Shown here: positions 1 to 12,988 of the stretch, piece by piece
Layout of the letters: each line of letters starts with the position of its first letter
How positions within the stretch are numbered: the stretch's first letter is position 1
Origin: Eledone cirrhosa
Lineage: Eukaryota
Direction of reading: 5' to 3'
Length of the DNA stretch: 64,000 nt
NCBI GenBank assembly: GCA_964016885.1
Contig: OZ024746.1
Span: 20,770,001 to 20,834,000, forward strand
Program-made: the position numbers and the translations under genes
Notes under the pieces: generated by a model
The model's input: the letters and a program-made list of their open reading frames with translations, nothing else
The model's database searches: none
What the model was told of the DNA's origin: nothing

Positions 1-349
1 ATTGCTCTCATTCACCTCCTTACTCTCATTTTTCTCAATACTCTCCTTCTCACTCTACTTACTTTACTTTTTTGTTATTAGGGTAGGAGTAGGGCAGCAG
101 TCTTCAGACGAAAGAATTAATGCTGACAGACACTCGCACATTAGAGTATCATATATACAAACAGCATGTATTAACTTAATAATTTCTTTTATAGTTGATG
201 CATACACAGACAAACCACACGCGTATACATACAATATTAATGAAGATAGCTAGTGTTTAATGGAATCTTTTTAAACCGTTTCTTTTGTTTAATTTACGTT
301 ACACCTAAAAGAAAAGAAAAAAAAAAAAATGAATATTTAAAGAATAGTT

Positions 350-763
350 CCTTTCAACCACAGAGATGGCAAGCGCCCCGACGGAATTACCCTCTTTCCA
401 TTCGAAGGAGATAAATCCCTCATCTGGGGCGCCAAATGCTATGACACGTTCTCCGCCTCCAGAATAGTCGTTTCGACCACAAATGCCGGTACTGCGTCCA
501 GCAATGCAGAAGGCAGGAAGACAAGCAAATACCGGTGCTCATCCGACCGATTACTGTTCATACCGGTCACCCTCGAGACCTCAGGCGTCATCGGCACCCT
601 TACAGCAGAATTCCTCAGTAAAATCGGAACGTCAGCAGCTCGCCCGAGGAAGGAGCCTCACAAGGTGGAGTGGCTGTTGCAGCGGGTGTCGCTGGCCATT
701 CTCCGCGGAAATGCCTTTGTAGTTATGTCCATGAGGTGCAGCCAAAACACCACCCCACCCTAA
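350..763 (+). mobile_element. CRE-clade non-LTR retrotransposon, 3' fragment encoding the restriction-like endonuclease (RLE) domain
   Basis: My translation of frame +2 (absent from the ORF track, no upstream start): RDGKRPDGITLFPFEGDKSLIWGAKCYDT...AEGRKTSKY...FIPVTLETSGVIG...LLQRVSLAILRGNA, stop TAA at 761-763. Matches the DGKRPDG...W(D)...AE..K..KY...ET.G...QR.S.A..RGNA signature of CRE RLE domains. Confidence 0.85.
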
Positions 764-1373
764 GCATAGAGTCTATCACCCTCACCCCTTCTCTCTTTAT
801 TTCGTGGCCTAATAGTCATTGCTCTTTTCCTCTCATTTATGGCATTTATAGTCCTTTCCTCTATTTCCCTATACAACCAGAATTGCTCTTCTTTAAATCT
901 TCCCCCTTTTTTCATTACTTAATTTGGTTTTTATCTTTGTTTTTTAAATTTCCATCATTGTATAAATTCTTTTAATAAATATAGTTGACATAATGTGTTT
1001 ATGTATAATAGATAACAAATAAAATATTCATCGTTTCCTTGTGAAAACACATATTTTAAACAGAGAGATAGATATACAATTAGAGATAGAAGAATGTGTA
1101 TGAACAGGATTTAATGCTGACAACAAGCTGTTATAGACTGTTATGTAATTTGGTTAAACTCTTGAATATTTTCATAATTGATATTTGTTCGTTTCTTCAA
1201 ATTATTAAAAGAAGTAATCGCCGCACTAATATTACTTAGAACAACTACACAGGAATGTGCTCAGGCCCATGTCTGTAAAAATATACGCACTTAGTCACGT
1301 ACACACATATATTTATAGAAGCATCTATATATATTCTCTCATATACACACACGTATACGTATATATACACATA

Positions 1374-1404
<31 letters not shown>

Positions 1405-1495
1405 CATTATATATTATGTGTATATATACATATATGTGTGTATATATGAGACAATATATATAGATGCTTTTATAAATACCTATATCTATATGGGT

Positions 1496-1567
1496 GATGT
1501 GTTGGTGTAAATGGTAGCACAGTGGTCTGGATAACCAAAGATGTGGGATCGACTCCCATGTACGTCA
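1496..1567 (+). tRNA. tRNA-like cloverleaf (probable SINE head or tRNA pseudogene), GGA at the anticodon position
   Basis: Acceptor GATGTGT/GTACGTC, D stem GTGT/GCAC, anticodon stem TGGT/ACCA with loop CTGGATA, T stem GTGGG/CCCAT with loop ATCGACT. Pol III box A (TGGTGTAAATGG) and box B (GGATCGACTCC) present. Confidence 0.6.
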
Positions 1568-1959
1568 ATACTCATATTTTTCCATTCATTTGAGGGTTCT
1601 AAACCTCATTATCAGACTAAAATTTCTTTAGTAAAAAAATACGGTGAAAGCTATTCTATTTTCTAATTTCAAACCTGTTCACTGTTTCAAAACATATTTA
1701 CATATATAGATAGATAGATAGATATTGATTGATTGCCTCACTGCTCTGTATACACACATACACACCCTTATATTAACATACTTTGCTCATAGCTTCGTAC
1801 TTACACGCACACACACTCCTTTACTCACATATACACACACTTTTCTTCTTAGCTTCGTACGGACGTATAATAACACACACGCACACACACAAACACATGG
1901 TTACGCACGTGCACAAGTATACCTCTTTTACAAAACGTTTTATTTTACATTTCAGGTAG

Positions 1960-2234
1960 ACGCGCTACATCATCCACTTTTCTAAAAAAAAAATCATACA
2001 CAAAACGCCAGCACCAACTGTTTTGCAAGAGATGTCAACATGAATGGACCTGTTATTTTTATCTAAAAATATTTTTTCCTATCCCATCCCGCCCGTGCCC
2101 TCAATCTATTTTATTTCTCATTCTTTCTTCTGATGAAGGACTAGCGTCCGAAACGCTAAGACCCTCTTCCTGATATATCAAGCGTTAACCTAATATATTC
2201 CTTCCATTTGTGTTGTTATTTCTGTTTACTTTTT

Positions 2235-2235
<1 letters not shown>
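1960..2235 (+). mobile_element. PLE 3' fragment (family P) with hammerhead core
   Basis: CTGATGA-AGGAC-TAGC-GTCC-GAAAC-GCT...AGCGTT at 2130-2186. Homologous to 16540-16780 (-) and 55040-55195 (-). Ends at a (TA)n array. Confidence 0.65.
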
Positions 2236-2302
<67 letters not shown>

Positions 2303-2321
2303 GTATATATATATATGTATA

Positions 2322-2414
<93 letters not shown>

Positions 2415-2436
2415 ATATATATATATATATATATAC

Positions 2437-2736
2437 GTTATTCCGGGTTGAAACGGAGGTAACCACAGTAAGTAAGGTACTCAATACATAGCAGAGTATA
2501 ACAGTTTTAATATAGAAGAGATTCTACAGGACTAGAACTGTTTCATTCATAAGAAATCATCAGGAATCTGGGTATCAAAAAATCAACCAATGACCTGCAC
2601 CCATCCCACTCCCCACCCTCTCCTACCACTTGTAGAGACCTATAAATACCATATTTATTTTTTGATACCCAGATTCCTGATGATTTCTTATGAATGAAAC
2701 AGTTCTAGTCCTGTAGAATCTCTTCTATATTAAAAC

Positions 2737-2737
<1 letters not shown>
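2437..2737 (-). mobile_element. Fold-back PLE insertion (family A) in (TA)n
   Basis: Inverted arms 2503-2583 and 2657-2737, each with a hammerhead. Unpaired 66-nt tail 2437-2502. (TA)n on both sides. Confidence 0.85.
2671..2721 (+). ncRNA. Type I hammerhead ribozyme (mirror copy on - strand at about 2519-2569)
   Basis: AGATTC-CTGATGA-TTTC-TTAT-GAAT-GAA-ACAG-TTCTAGTC-CTGT-A-GAATCT: stems I-III and core intact, cleavage triplet GUA. Confidence 0.88.
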
Positions 2738-2777
<40 letters not shown>

Positions 2778-2780
2778 GTA

Positions 2781-2937
<157 letters not shown>

Positions 2938-2950
2938 ATATATATATGTA

Positions 2951-3087
<137 letters not shown>

Positions 3088-3465
3088 GTATATATATATT
3101 TACATATACGTATACAAACACACGCGCACACACACATATATATATGTGTATGTGTTTTAAAACAAAAGTCGGACATAAGTGGTTAATTATTTCATTGTTT
3201 TACGAGCGTTTTAGAGGATTAATTGATCGAGGTAAATCGATATATCGACTTGCAGGTACTGGTTACATCACTACCTCTTTCTAGTTTCGAAATCCCTGAT
3301 CAATATCACGGTGTTCATCAGAAACAACGAACTATGCTTTATTTGCTATATATATATAAAGAGTCTGGAATATGAGAGTCGGGTGCGTCAATCGGGAAGA
3401 AATAGAAATACAAAAATGCATAAATTAATTAGGAAGAGTAGTAGTCATAGAACACTCTGTAAAAT

Positions 3466-3655
3466 ATAATTGTTTCTATTTTTGGCACAAGGCCAGCAAT
3501 TACCCCAGTGCATTACTGGTACTTTATTTTACCGACCCCGTAAGGATCATAGGCAAAGTTAACCTCGACTGGATTTGAACCCAGGACGTAAAGGGACATA
3601 ACTCTGTACTGCATAGCATAGTGTCTGACACCCTACCGATACTGCTAATCCACTG
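3466..3655 (-). mobile_element. tRNA-derived SINE (octopus OK-like family)
   Basis: Reverse complement has box A TAGCAGTATCGG, box B GGTTCAAATCC, a GCCT..ATCCTTACGGGGTCG..AAAATAAAGTACCAG core and a GGCCTTGTGCC..AGAAACAATTAT tail shared with many copies in the window. Confidence 0.85.
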
Positions 3656-3931
3656 TGTAAAAATATAATAGGGATAGCATATAAACATATAAACCATATC
3701 AGATAATGAGTTCCCTTTAAGAGTTATAAAAGTCGTGGATAAAATTACCTGTACACACCAGTTCACCTATTTTGTCAGCATGCGAACACTCATCTCAGAG
3801 AGTCATAAATCCCCTCAAGTCTATATATCGATCTACCACCATCAATCAACCCGCTGAAACGATCGTAAAAGAATGAACTAATTAACTACTTATCTCTGAC
3901 TTTTGTTTTATTTTCATTGTTCAGTACACAC

Positions 3932-4037
<106 letters not shown>

Positions 4038-4044
4038 ACACACA

Positions 4045-4626
4045 CATAAATGACTTTGTAATTTGAGCAGATCCTTCGAGGAAACCTTACGCAATGAGCA
4101 CCTACCACAAAAACTAAAGGATTTACTGCTGAAACCATGTTCTAACAACCTTATCGGCCCTACCAAAAACATCCTTTCTAACTTGACTGTTGCCACGTCA
4201 CGATTCTTAGCCATTTTTTAATGTATTCTTGGCGCAATCACTTCGGAAAATTAATTGTCTAAATTTTAGCTAACTTCCTGATGAATCCGAAGCTCTAGAT
4301 ATCCTATGTTATCGGATGTCTTAAAATGCGGACGAAACCATGGTAGAGGTAATTAAATATGTACACATTTCTTCTAGTTTATTTTACACCTAACTCTGTT
4401 TAGTTGACTGTATATCTGGTCGATTTATACATGCTGTAGAAATGTTCGATAAATACTCCGTCGTAACCACCGCGAAGGGCTGCTTTCGGTTATTTGTCGG
4501 AGATTTCTTCATAGGAGCCTTTATTCTTATAGCTTGGTCTAATTGATTTGTATATGGTTAATTATGCTAATTGGGAGAGGAAACGGTATATATTTTATCT
4601 AGTGATTCTATAGACATGTTTTATGA
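4045..4626 (+). mobile_element. PLE 3' fragment (family B) with hammerhead, between (CA)n and (TA)n
   Basis: Aligns over about 450 bp with 21710-22166. Hammerhead at 4273-4350. Confidence 0.8.
4273..4350 (+). ncRNA. Type I hammerhead ribozyme with extended stem II
   Basis: ACTTC-CTGATGA-ATCCG...CGGAC-GAA-AC-CATG-GT-A-GAGGT. Minimal stem III with palindromic CATG loop, typical of dimer-cleaving PLE hammerheads. Confidence 0.88.
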
Positions 4627-4649
4627 TATATATATATATATATATATAT

Positions 4650-4881
4650 CACGATAAATTAACGGAGGCATAGGCCGTCGTTATTCCCTGTAAATAATGT
4701 GCTCAAAGGGGAAGAGATCCTGAGCCCTTTAGAATATAATATGTTGAGAAGGTAACACACCAGAGAGAGATATATAGTGTGTTATCAATAATACAGGGAA
4801 AAAACCACCAGTGTGGTGGTTTTTTCCCTGTATTATTAATAACGCACTATATCTCTCTCTCTGGTGTGTTACCTTCTCAAC

Positions 4882-4890
<9 letters not shown>
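4650..4890 (-). mobile_element. Fold-back PLE insertion in (TA)n
   Basis: Near-perfect hairpin 4734-4890 centred near 4812. Unpaired tail 4650-4733 carries the GCTC...GAGC bulged hairpin. Confidence 0.75.
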
Positions 4891-4937
<47 letters not shown>

Positions 4938-4940
<3 letters not shown>

Positions 4941-5143
4941 CGTTTTTCGAAATATTTACTTCTGCGATCACAGATTGATCTTATTAGTTTCAGAAGATCC
5001 CGTTAAGGGTGAAAGCAGCGATTCTTTGCTTAAACTTTAATCTGTTATTTTAATAAATATTTGCTCTAGGGTTCTTATATATTTGATATATATTTATCCT
5101 TATCGAGCCCTCCTTGGATTTTAGTCTTCAAATTTATTATTAT

Positions 5144-5147
<4 letters not shown>
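4938..5147 (+). mobile_element. PLE 3' fragment (family C) with variant hammerhead
   Basis: AGTTT-CAGAAGA-TCCC-GTTAA-GGGT-GAA-AGCA...TGCT-T-AAACT at 4986-5036. Other copies at 51033-51148, 45449-45487 and 20528-20550. Flanked by (TA)n. Confidence 0.7.
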
Positions 5148-5177
<30 letters not shown>

Positions 5178-5182
<5 letters not shown>

Positions 5183-5338
5183 CAGGGAGAAAGAGACGAT
5201 TATGAGGAAGAAATATTTATTTTTTTCCTTTTTTTTTTGTGTCTCTCTCCCTCTTTTTTCTGGGTTAGAAAATGATTAAAACGAAATGTTTTACTTTGTG
5301 TGAAGTGTTAAGGTATTAGTTGATTTATTTATTATTTA

Positions 5339-5345
<7 letters not shown>
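5178..5345 (-). mobile_element. PLE 3' tail fragment (family D) in (TA)n
   Basis: Reverse complement of 15250-15397. Confidence 0.7.
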
Positions 5346-5394
<49 letters not shown>

Positions 5395-6572
5395 GGGGTG
5401 GAGGGAGAGAGGGAGAGAGAGAAAGAGATTTGTTTGAGTATGTGGGTCTGATTGTGTATGTGGAGGTATATGTGTCAGTATGTACTCTCGTACTTTTGTG
5501 GGTATAGTTAATTTTTATTCCAATTCTGTGAGCAACTGATAGTTTAATACGAAAGAAATATTGATCGCGAGTATATAATTCTTCTAGTGGTCATGTGTCA
5601 AACTGCTGAATGTTCTAAATTTTAATCGTTGTTAATCGTTGGCAACTGTTTTGCCTGTTTACAGAACTTTAGTGAATCACATGGATGAACACTCCTTTAT
5701 ATGAACAAAAAAGCATACAAAAATATGAATGTTTTAACACACACATACATACACACATGCGTTACTGAATCCATTAATTACAGTTTTAATTGCCATATTA
5801 AGAACTAACGAAGTGGTTATAATATTAATTCACCTTTAGCTGTCATAAAGATTGTGCCATATTCTTGGAGTTTTCTTTCAAATTAAGTGTAATTATCCTT
5901 ATTTCTTAAACCCATTTTTAATCCCTTGTCCATTCACCTCTTTTTGACTGAAAATCGATTAGAATGACGCACGAAGTCGTATTTCAGCATTCTCAATCAC
6001 AGCCTAAATTTATGGATAATTGCCACTCTTTCTGCTCAATCGATTGGAAGATTTCGTTTCTTCTTAGAATTAATTTTGGAACTATGGGAAAGAATGTCTT
6101 GGTGAGTAGAATTATATATACTAACGAGCCGTACTTGAAAAGAAATAGGAAATATACATATACACAAAGTTGTTAAAGGAAAGGAAAGCATGTTTGTGTC
6201 AGAGTGCAGACTTAGTAGGAACTGTCATTTGACTTGGTGATCAAATCCTCTTATCCAAGAATAGGTGAATCATATTTGAGCCACCAGATAGTAGTGATTG
6301 TAAACCGATGTGAAATATAAATATAGTCTAGTATTTATGGGTATGTTAATGCAATTATCCACAAGAAAGACCGGTTAATTTTCATACCAGAGACATAATT
6401 ACGTCGTTAGTCACTGAGCTTTCCATATTTAGATCGATATATTTTCTCACTGGGGTAATATGAGACGTAAATATACCTTTATTATTTGATATGTTTAACA
6501 TCAAGAGGAGTTGATGCTAATATTCTAAAGGAAAATATCGATTAGGTATACATTTTGTAGTTATCAAACTTT

Positions 6573-6626
<54 letters not shown>

Positions 6627-6680
6627 GCTAGCTAGCTAGCTAAACGCAAACATATATGTGCATCAGTCTTCCCGTTTTTG

Positions 6681-6721
<41 letters not shown>

Positions 6722-6723
<2 letters not shown>

Positions 6724-7268
6724 TGTAACGATCAAGCCGCCTCCCCTCTTCAAAAACGAAGGAGAGGCGGTGTTTCTGTGCGTAATAGCAATGGCGAAAG
6801 AGGTTGTATGGTGGACGCGTCTGAAAGGACTGAGGTCAGACACCTTTCTCTCTGGCCAACAACTGGTCCGTTTCTTCCGATATCATTTCGGAAGAAGGAT
6901 CAGGATGGAGAGAGAGGTGCTCCACCCCAGCCGTTTTTATGAAAGATGGGTGAAAGTGGCGAGAATGGCCCGTGTGAATGGGCCTTCACTCTACATCAGA
7001 CTATAGGTGAGGAAGATGAAAGACCAAGGGAGCACCCCCTCTCTGTGCTCCTGAGGAGAAGGGTTGCACATTTTTTTTCGGGGGTGTGTGCGACCCCCCA
7101 AGGCGCCTCCTCTTTATTGAGGATTTTGTTATAAATTTTATCTTGTTATATTTTATTTTATTTTTATATTTTGTTATTGCCTCCTCCATATTGAGGACGC
7201 CTTGTTATGTAAACTCCCCCATTGTACTTGTCCCACTTTTTGATACCCTGGTGGCAAATAAAAAGAAA

Positions 7269-7271
<3 letters not shown>
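6722..7271 (+). mobile_element. 5'-truncated copy of the Tx1-clade LINE (ORF2 C-terminus and 3' UTR) in (TATC)n
   Basis: Encodes IVTIKPPPLFKNEGEAVFLCVIAMAKEVVWWTRLKG...PSLYIRL, nearly identical to the end of ORF2 at 27919-28203. 3' UTR matches 28204-28458. TATC repeats on both sides. Confidence 0.95.
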
Positions 7272-7331
<60 letters not shown>

Positions 7332-8047
7332 GTCTGTCTGTTTGTATTTTCGTCTAACCGTTTATTGAATAAATGCACGTATTTTATATAGCAATCATCC
7401 ATTCTTGATCCCGTCATATATGTATTCATCAATAATTTCATCACCTATCCAAACAATTCAAGCAAGAGACAGTGATCAAATTATCTAAATACTTGGATAT
7501 GTTTTAAAAATCAATTATGTGGAAGCATATTCGTGCGTCTAAACCTCATTTATATGCTTTGATTCGGTTAAATACTTTAAAACGTTGTTAGCAGTTGCGA
7601 TAAGAGAACATATTTAAAGATGAATTACTGAATGTGTGTAACATACGTTCTTTGTAAAGTTTCTTATATAATTTTGAATTTCAATGATATTCAGAAAGTT
7701 AATTATGGCCCCAAATAGGATAGGAAGATGAAATAGAGATTTTTGTACTTCACAGCTATTAAACGTGGTGATTGGAATAGAATGAATAATAAGCATGAAG
7801 AGGCCAATACGATTTGTAACTGGAAGTATTTCCTTTTCCCTGCATCCCTAATAGCATTGAGAAAAGTATTAACATCACAACTTCACCATTCTTTTTAATT
7901 AAAAATATCAAGTTTTATGGATTTATGAAAGACATTTCATTATGTTTTAAATGGTTTCTCTGGCGAAAGTAGAAAACTAGAAAGGAGGGGTTGGATGTTG
8001 TGCCTTCTAACAATTACTCAACTAATATTCTTTTCTAGCTGTTTATT

Positions 8048-8422
8048 AAGGGCGGTAGATTGGCAGTATCGGTAGAGTGTGAGGAACCATGCTTAGTAGC
8101 ATAGAGTTACGTTCCTTTACGTTCTGAGTTTAAATTCCGCCGATATTAGCTTTACCTTTCATCCTTACGGAGTCAATAAAATAAAATACCAGTAAGACAC
8201 TGGTGTTGATTTAATCGACTTTCTTGCCCTTCTCTTCCCTCCAAAAAATTGATGGCCTTGTGCCTAAATCAGAAGCCATTATAACCACTTTAAGGGCGGT
8301 GGATTGGCAGTATCGGCAGATTGTCGGGCACCATGCTTCGTGGCATAGAGTTACGTCACTTTACGTTCTGATTTCAAATTCCCCCCAAAATTGTTGACCT
8401 TGTGCCTAAATCAGAAACCATT
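8048..8422 (+). mobile_element. Two tandem OK-like SINE copies (second internally deleted)
   Basis: AAGGGCGGT.GATTGGCAGTATCGG heads near 8048 and 8292, box B and shared tail. Confidence 0.85.
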
Positions 8423-9148
8423 AATAGCTATAGCCACCTACTTTTATACAGATTGATTATTGGTAATTCAGACCCATTACTGAGTTGCGCAGCAGCACAC
8501 ATATATATTGACGGACGCTTACCTAAATCGTGTGGAAGACTGTTGATCAATCCCTTCGGCCATTTGTACGCTCCTCAACAAGTTTATCACTATATATTCT
8601 GTTGCAGATCATCCCTTGGAAATCTCCAACAGCATCGGGGAATTTTTGTTTTAATTCAGGGTATCTTTGAGCTATGATTTGTATTATCTATATGTATGTG
8701 AGTAGGGCCTCACCTTTGAAAAGGACCACGATAATGGCAAACTGTCTTGCTCAAGTTCCAGAGTGTAATGTTTTCTGACCTTCAGAGGCGAATTTAGTTA
8801 TCGATTTAGAAAAACTTTAGACAAAATGAATCTTAGAACTTAAGAAGTAGAAAACCCGGACAGAACAGCCAAATCATTATTTATTAGAAGGTACCTATTC
8901 ACACACATTATCTACCGACAATTGTCTGCGAAATAAACCTGTAAATAAACTACAAAAATAGGAATTCAGTATATAGCATGAGATTCATGGTAGGAAAATG
9001 TAAGAACACTACCAAATTTATATAGGTAAAACATCCGTAGCAAAGGTGAAACAGTAAACAAAAAAAGACCTGGCGTGAATTCAAGAAATGATATGAACAT
9101 CAGTTGTCTACCAATATCCAATATGCCAAATATAAACATGGCGTCTTA

Positions 9149-9330
9149 ATAATTGTTTCTACTTTTGGCACAAGGCCAGCAATTACCCAGTATATTACTG
9201 GTACTTTATTTTATCGACCCCCGTAAGGATGAAAGGCAAAGTTAACCTCGGCGGGATTTGAACTCAGAATAGCAAGGGCCGTAACTCTATGCGTCAAAGC
9301 ATGGCGTCCGACCCTCTACCGATACTGCCA
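9149..9330 (-). mobile_element. OK-like SINE
   Basis: Nearly identical to 62460-62651. GGCGTCTTAATAAT occurs on both sides (about 9140 and 9331), a possible target-site duplication. Confidence 0.85.
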
Positions 9331-9440
9331 GGCGTCTTAATAATGAACATCGAAGTGAAAGTTTTTCCTATACATCGAAACGACTAAACTTTATGACGAC
9401 AGAGACTATAGGAAATATGAACGGAATTAAAGCAACGGCT

Positions 9441-10566
9441 TCACCACAAAACTAGCACCACCGGCAGCAGTGCCACCACCATCATCACCATCACCTCCAC
9501 CACCACCACCACCACCACCATTACCACTACCAGCACGACGACGACGACGACGACTACCAACACCACCACACCAGCATCAACACCGCCACCACCACCACTG
9601 CCATCACTAGCCCCAACACCACCACCACAACCACCAGCACCAGAACCAGCAATACCACCACCACCACCACATAGCGCCATCACCATTACCACCACCACCA
9701 CCACCACCACCACCACCACCACCACCACCATCACCACCACCACCACCACCACCACCATCACCACCACCATCAATAGCCCCATCGCCACCACCACAACCAC
9801 CAGCACCAGAACCAGCAATACCACCACCACCACCACCACTATCACCACCACCACCACTACCACCACCACCACCACAACCACCACCACTATCACCACCACC
9901 ACCACCACCACTACCACCACCACCACCATCACTAGCCCCATCACCACCACCACAACCACCAGTACCAGCACCAGCAATACCACCACCACCACCACCACAT
10001 AGCGCCATCACCACCACCACCACCACCACTAGCCCCATCACCACCACCACAACCACCACCACCACCACTACCATCACTAGCCCCATCACCACCACCACAA
10101 CCACAAGTACCAGAACCAGCAACACCACCACCATCACCACCACATAGCGCCATCACCACCACCACAACCACCAGCAACACCACCACCATCACCACCACAT
10201 AGCGCCATCACCGCCACCACAACCACCAGCAACACCACCACCATCACCATCACATAGCGCCATCACCACCACCACAACCACCAGCAACACCACCAGCACC
10301 ACCACCACCACCACATAGCGCCATCACCGCCACCACAACCACCAGCAACACCACCACCATCACCATCACATAGCGCCATCACCACCACCACAACCACCAG
10401 CAACACCACCACCACCACCACCACATAGCGCCATCACCGCCACCACAACCACCAGTGCCAGAACCAGCAACACAATCACCATCACAACCACCACCACCAC
10501 CACCACCACCACCACCAACACCACCACCACCACCACCACCACCAACAACAACAATAACAATAACGA
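9441..10566. repeat. Complex (CAC)n-derived minisatellite
   Basis: ACC/CAC runs punctuated by recurring CATAGCGCCAT and CTAGCCCCA units. The poly-Val/Gly ORFs here are artefacts. Confidence 0.9.
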
Positions 10567-10884
10567 CTACTTATTGATGTTATACACTGACACGCATGAG
10601 AGAACAAAAACAAACAAAAGACACACTTGACTGCATTGAAACAGATCAGCAACAAATAGATACAACTGTGTGAGTGTGTGTGTGAATGTGTCTCTGACTG
10701 TGTGCAAGTGTGCGTGTGTGTGTGTGCGTGTGTGTGTGCGTGTGTGATTGATGTGTGTGGATGTGTAATGACATAGGCACATGATTGTATCGCTATGAAT
10801 GTTTGGAGGGTGTATAAGCATTGGTAAATAAGTTCTGGTGTATGTGTATAACACCCCTACACCTCCCCATACAAACTCACACAG

Positions 10885-11038
<154 letters not shown>

Positions 11039-11257
11039 GTATATATATATATACATACATATATTTGATGGCTGCCCCCCTCGTTATCGAGTATGGCCAT
11101 TGCACGAGGAAAAAAAAAAAAAAAAAAAAAAAAAATAAATTAAAAAAAAAGAAAAGAAAAAAAGAAATATATATATATATATATACATACATACATATAT
11201 ACATACACACATACATACACATACACTCACACATATACGCACACATACATTAATAAC

Positions 11258-11288
<31 letters not shown>

Positions 11289-11434
11289 GGAATAATAATA
11301 ATAACGACAACAACAATAATAATATACATATTGTGTGTGTGTGTGTGTGTGCAAGCGTATATATACATATATATCTATATATACATATATATATATATGT
11401 ATATATATGTATATATATATACACATATATATAA

Positions 11435-11560
<126 letters not shown>

Positions 11561-11675
11561 ATACTTTGGGAGGGTCATGTTGCCAATAAGAAACACACGC
11601 GCCAGTTGCTTTCACTTCAATTTATTATATATTTATAAATTTATAAATTTACAAATTTACAAACTTATAAATTTC

Positions 11676-11766
11676 AAAGTACTCAATACTTAGGGTAGTA
11701 GAGTGGGTAATAGGAACGGCCGTCGAAACGGCTTGAGCTCAGCCGTCGGGGTCCTACGCGTTCCTA
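11676..11766. mobile_element. Rearranged fold-back PLE fragment (family E)
   Basis: Minus-strand tail 11676-11718 joined to a plus-strand arm ending CGTTCC-TA(TA)n. Confidence 0.75.
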
Positions 11767-11789
11767 TATATATATATATAAATACATAT

Positions 11790-11937
11790 ATAAGTGGTTA
11801 CACAACAGTTAGTTCACAATTGTTCTCGGTATGGTGAACTAACTGTTGTGTAACCACTTCTACCTAACTCGTCCCATGGACTGAGTGCTCTACCACTACC
11901 GATATTACCTTCCAGTCTTCTACCACTGTGTTCTACC

Positions 11938-11938
<1 letters not shown>
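11790..11938 (+). mobile_element. Fold-back PLE insertion (family I) in (TA)n
   Basis: Arms about 11792-11817 and 11834-11859. Tail with ACTC-GTCC-CAT-GGAC-T-GAGT at 11867-11886. Confidence 0.75.
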
Positions 11939-11986
<48 letters not shown>

Positions 11987-12011
11987 TGTGTGTGTGTATG
12001 TGAGTGTGTGA

Positions 12012-12042
<31 letters not shown>

Positions 12043-12073
12043 AGTGTGTGTGTGTGTGTATGTGAGTGTGTGA

Positions 12074-12138
<65 letters not shown>

Positions 12139-12159
12139 TGTGTGTGTGTGTGTGCGTGT

Positions 12160-12330
12160 GTGCAAGCGTAAAACACCCAAACACGCACTAAGTGGTAAGA
12201 ATCTCTCTGGAGAGCTGGACAGTGTGTCTTCAGAAAAGACACTCGCCACTCAAGGAAGTGTTTCGTCCCTTAACTTTTTACACCAAAGTCGGATAAAAAG
12301 AACAATAAAAAAGACAATAAAATTCACATA
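12160..12330 (-). mobile_element. PLE-like fragment (family J) with the 3' half of a hammerhead, in a (CA/TG)n array
   Basis: Minus strand GAC-GAA-ACACT...AGTGT-C. Flanked by (TG)n and (CA)n. Confidence 0.45.
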
Positions 12331-12464
12331 CACTCACACACACACACACATACATACAGACATACATACACACACACATACATACACACATATATATATG
12401 TGTCTGTGTGAGTGTAAGAATAAAACCTCCAAATACACACAAACGCCAATCCCCACTTTTATAT

Positions 12465-12670
12465 GTATTTTACAGGCAAAACCAATTGAGAAGGAGACCC
12501 AGTAGTAGATATCGTGCAAGATGGTTGGATAACATTGATGAGCTCGATTGGTCGTGCCTGGGAATCGAACCGCTAATGTAGACAGTTACTTCTTACAAGA
12601 CCCGCTAGATAGAGTTTTTGAGGACTTTGCCCCACGACCCTCTCAGGAATAAGTGGGCAAACAATAATAA
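12465..12670 (+). mobile_element. Degraded RTE-like LINE 3' end
   Basis: ILQAKP...RWLDNI remnant. Homologous to 32868-33163 and 51744-51915. Confidence 0.65.
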
Positions 12671-12685
12671 ACATATATATGCATA

Positions 12686-12757
<72 letters not shown>

Positions 12758-12868
12758 AATACATACACACACATGCGTATATATATATATATATATAATA
12801 TATATGCACAATGATATTAAATAAATGGAAACTATATTTATAAAACCATATTTATTTTATTATACACG

Positions 12869-12918
<50 letters not shown>

Positions 12919-12937
12919 AATACATACACACACATGC

Positions 12938-12986
<49 letters not shown>

Positions 12987-12988
<2 letters not shown>

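Noticed and set aside
483-975. ORFs 483-722 and 670-975
   Set aside because: Wrong-frame readings of the CRE fragment; the real coding frame is +2.
3270-3325. Minus-strand CTGATGA...GAAAC hammerhead candidate
   Set aside because: Stems II and III pair poorly and there is no valid NUH triplet; at best a decayed relic.
4440-4625. RCTC...GAGY hairpin in the tails of families B, D and N
   Set aside because: No clean instance found. These families are not counted as support and may use another signal.
9441-10560. Gly-rich or Val-rich ORFs resembling a structural protein
   Set aside because: All frames are open because of CAC repeats. There are no splice signals or unique coding flanks.
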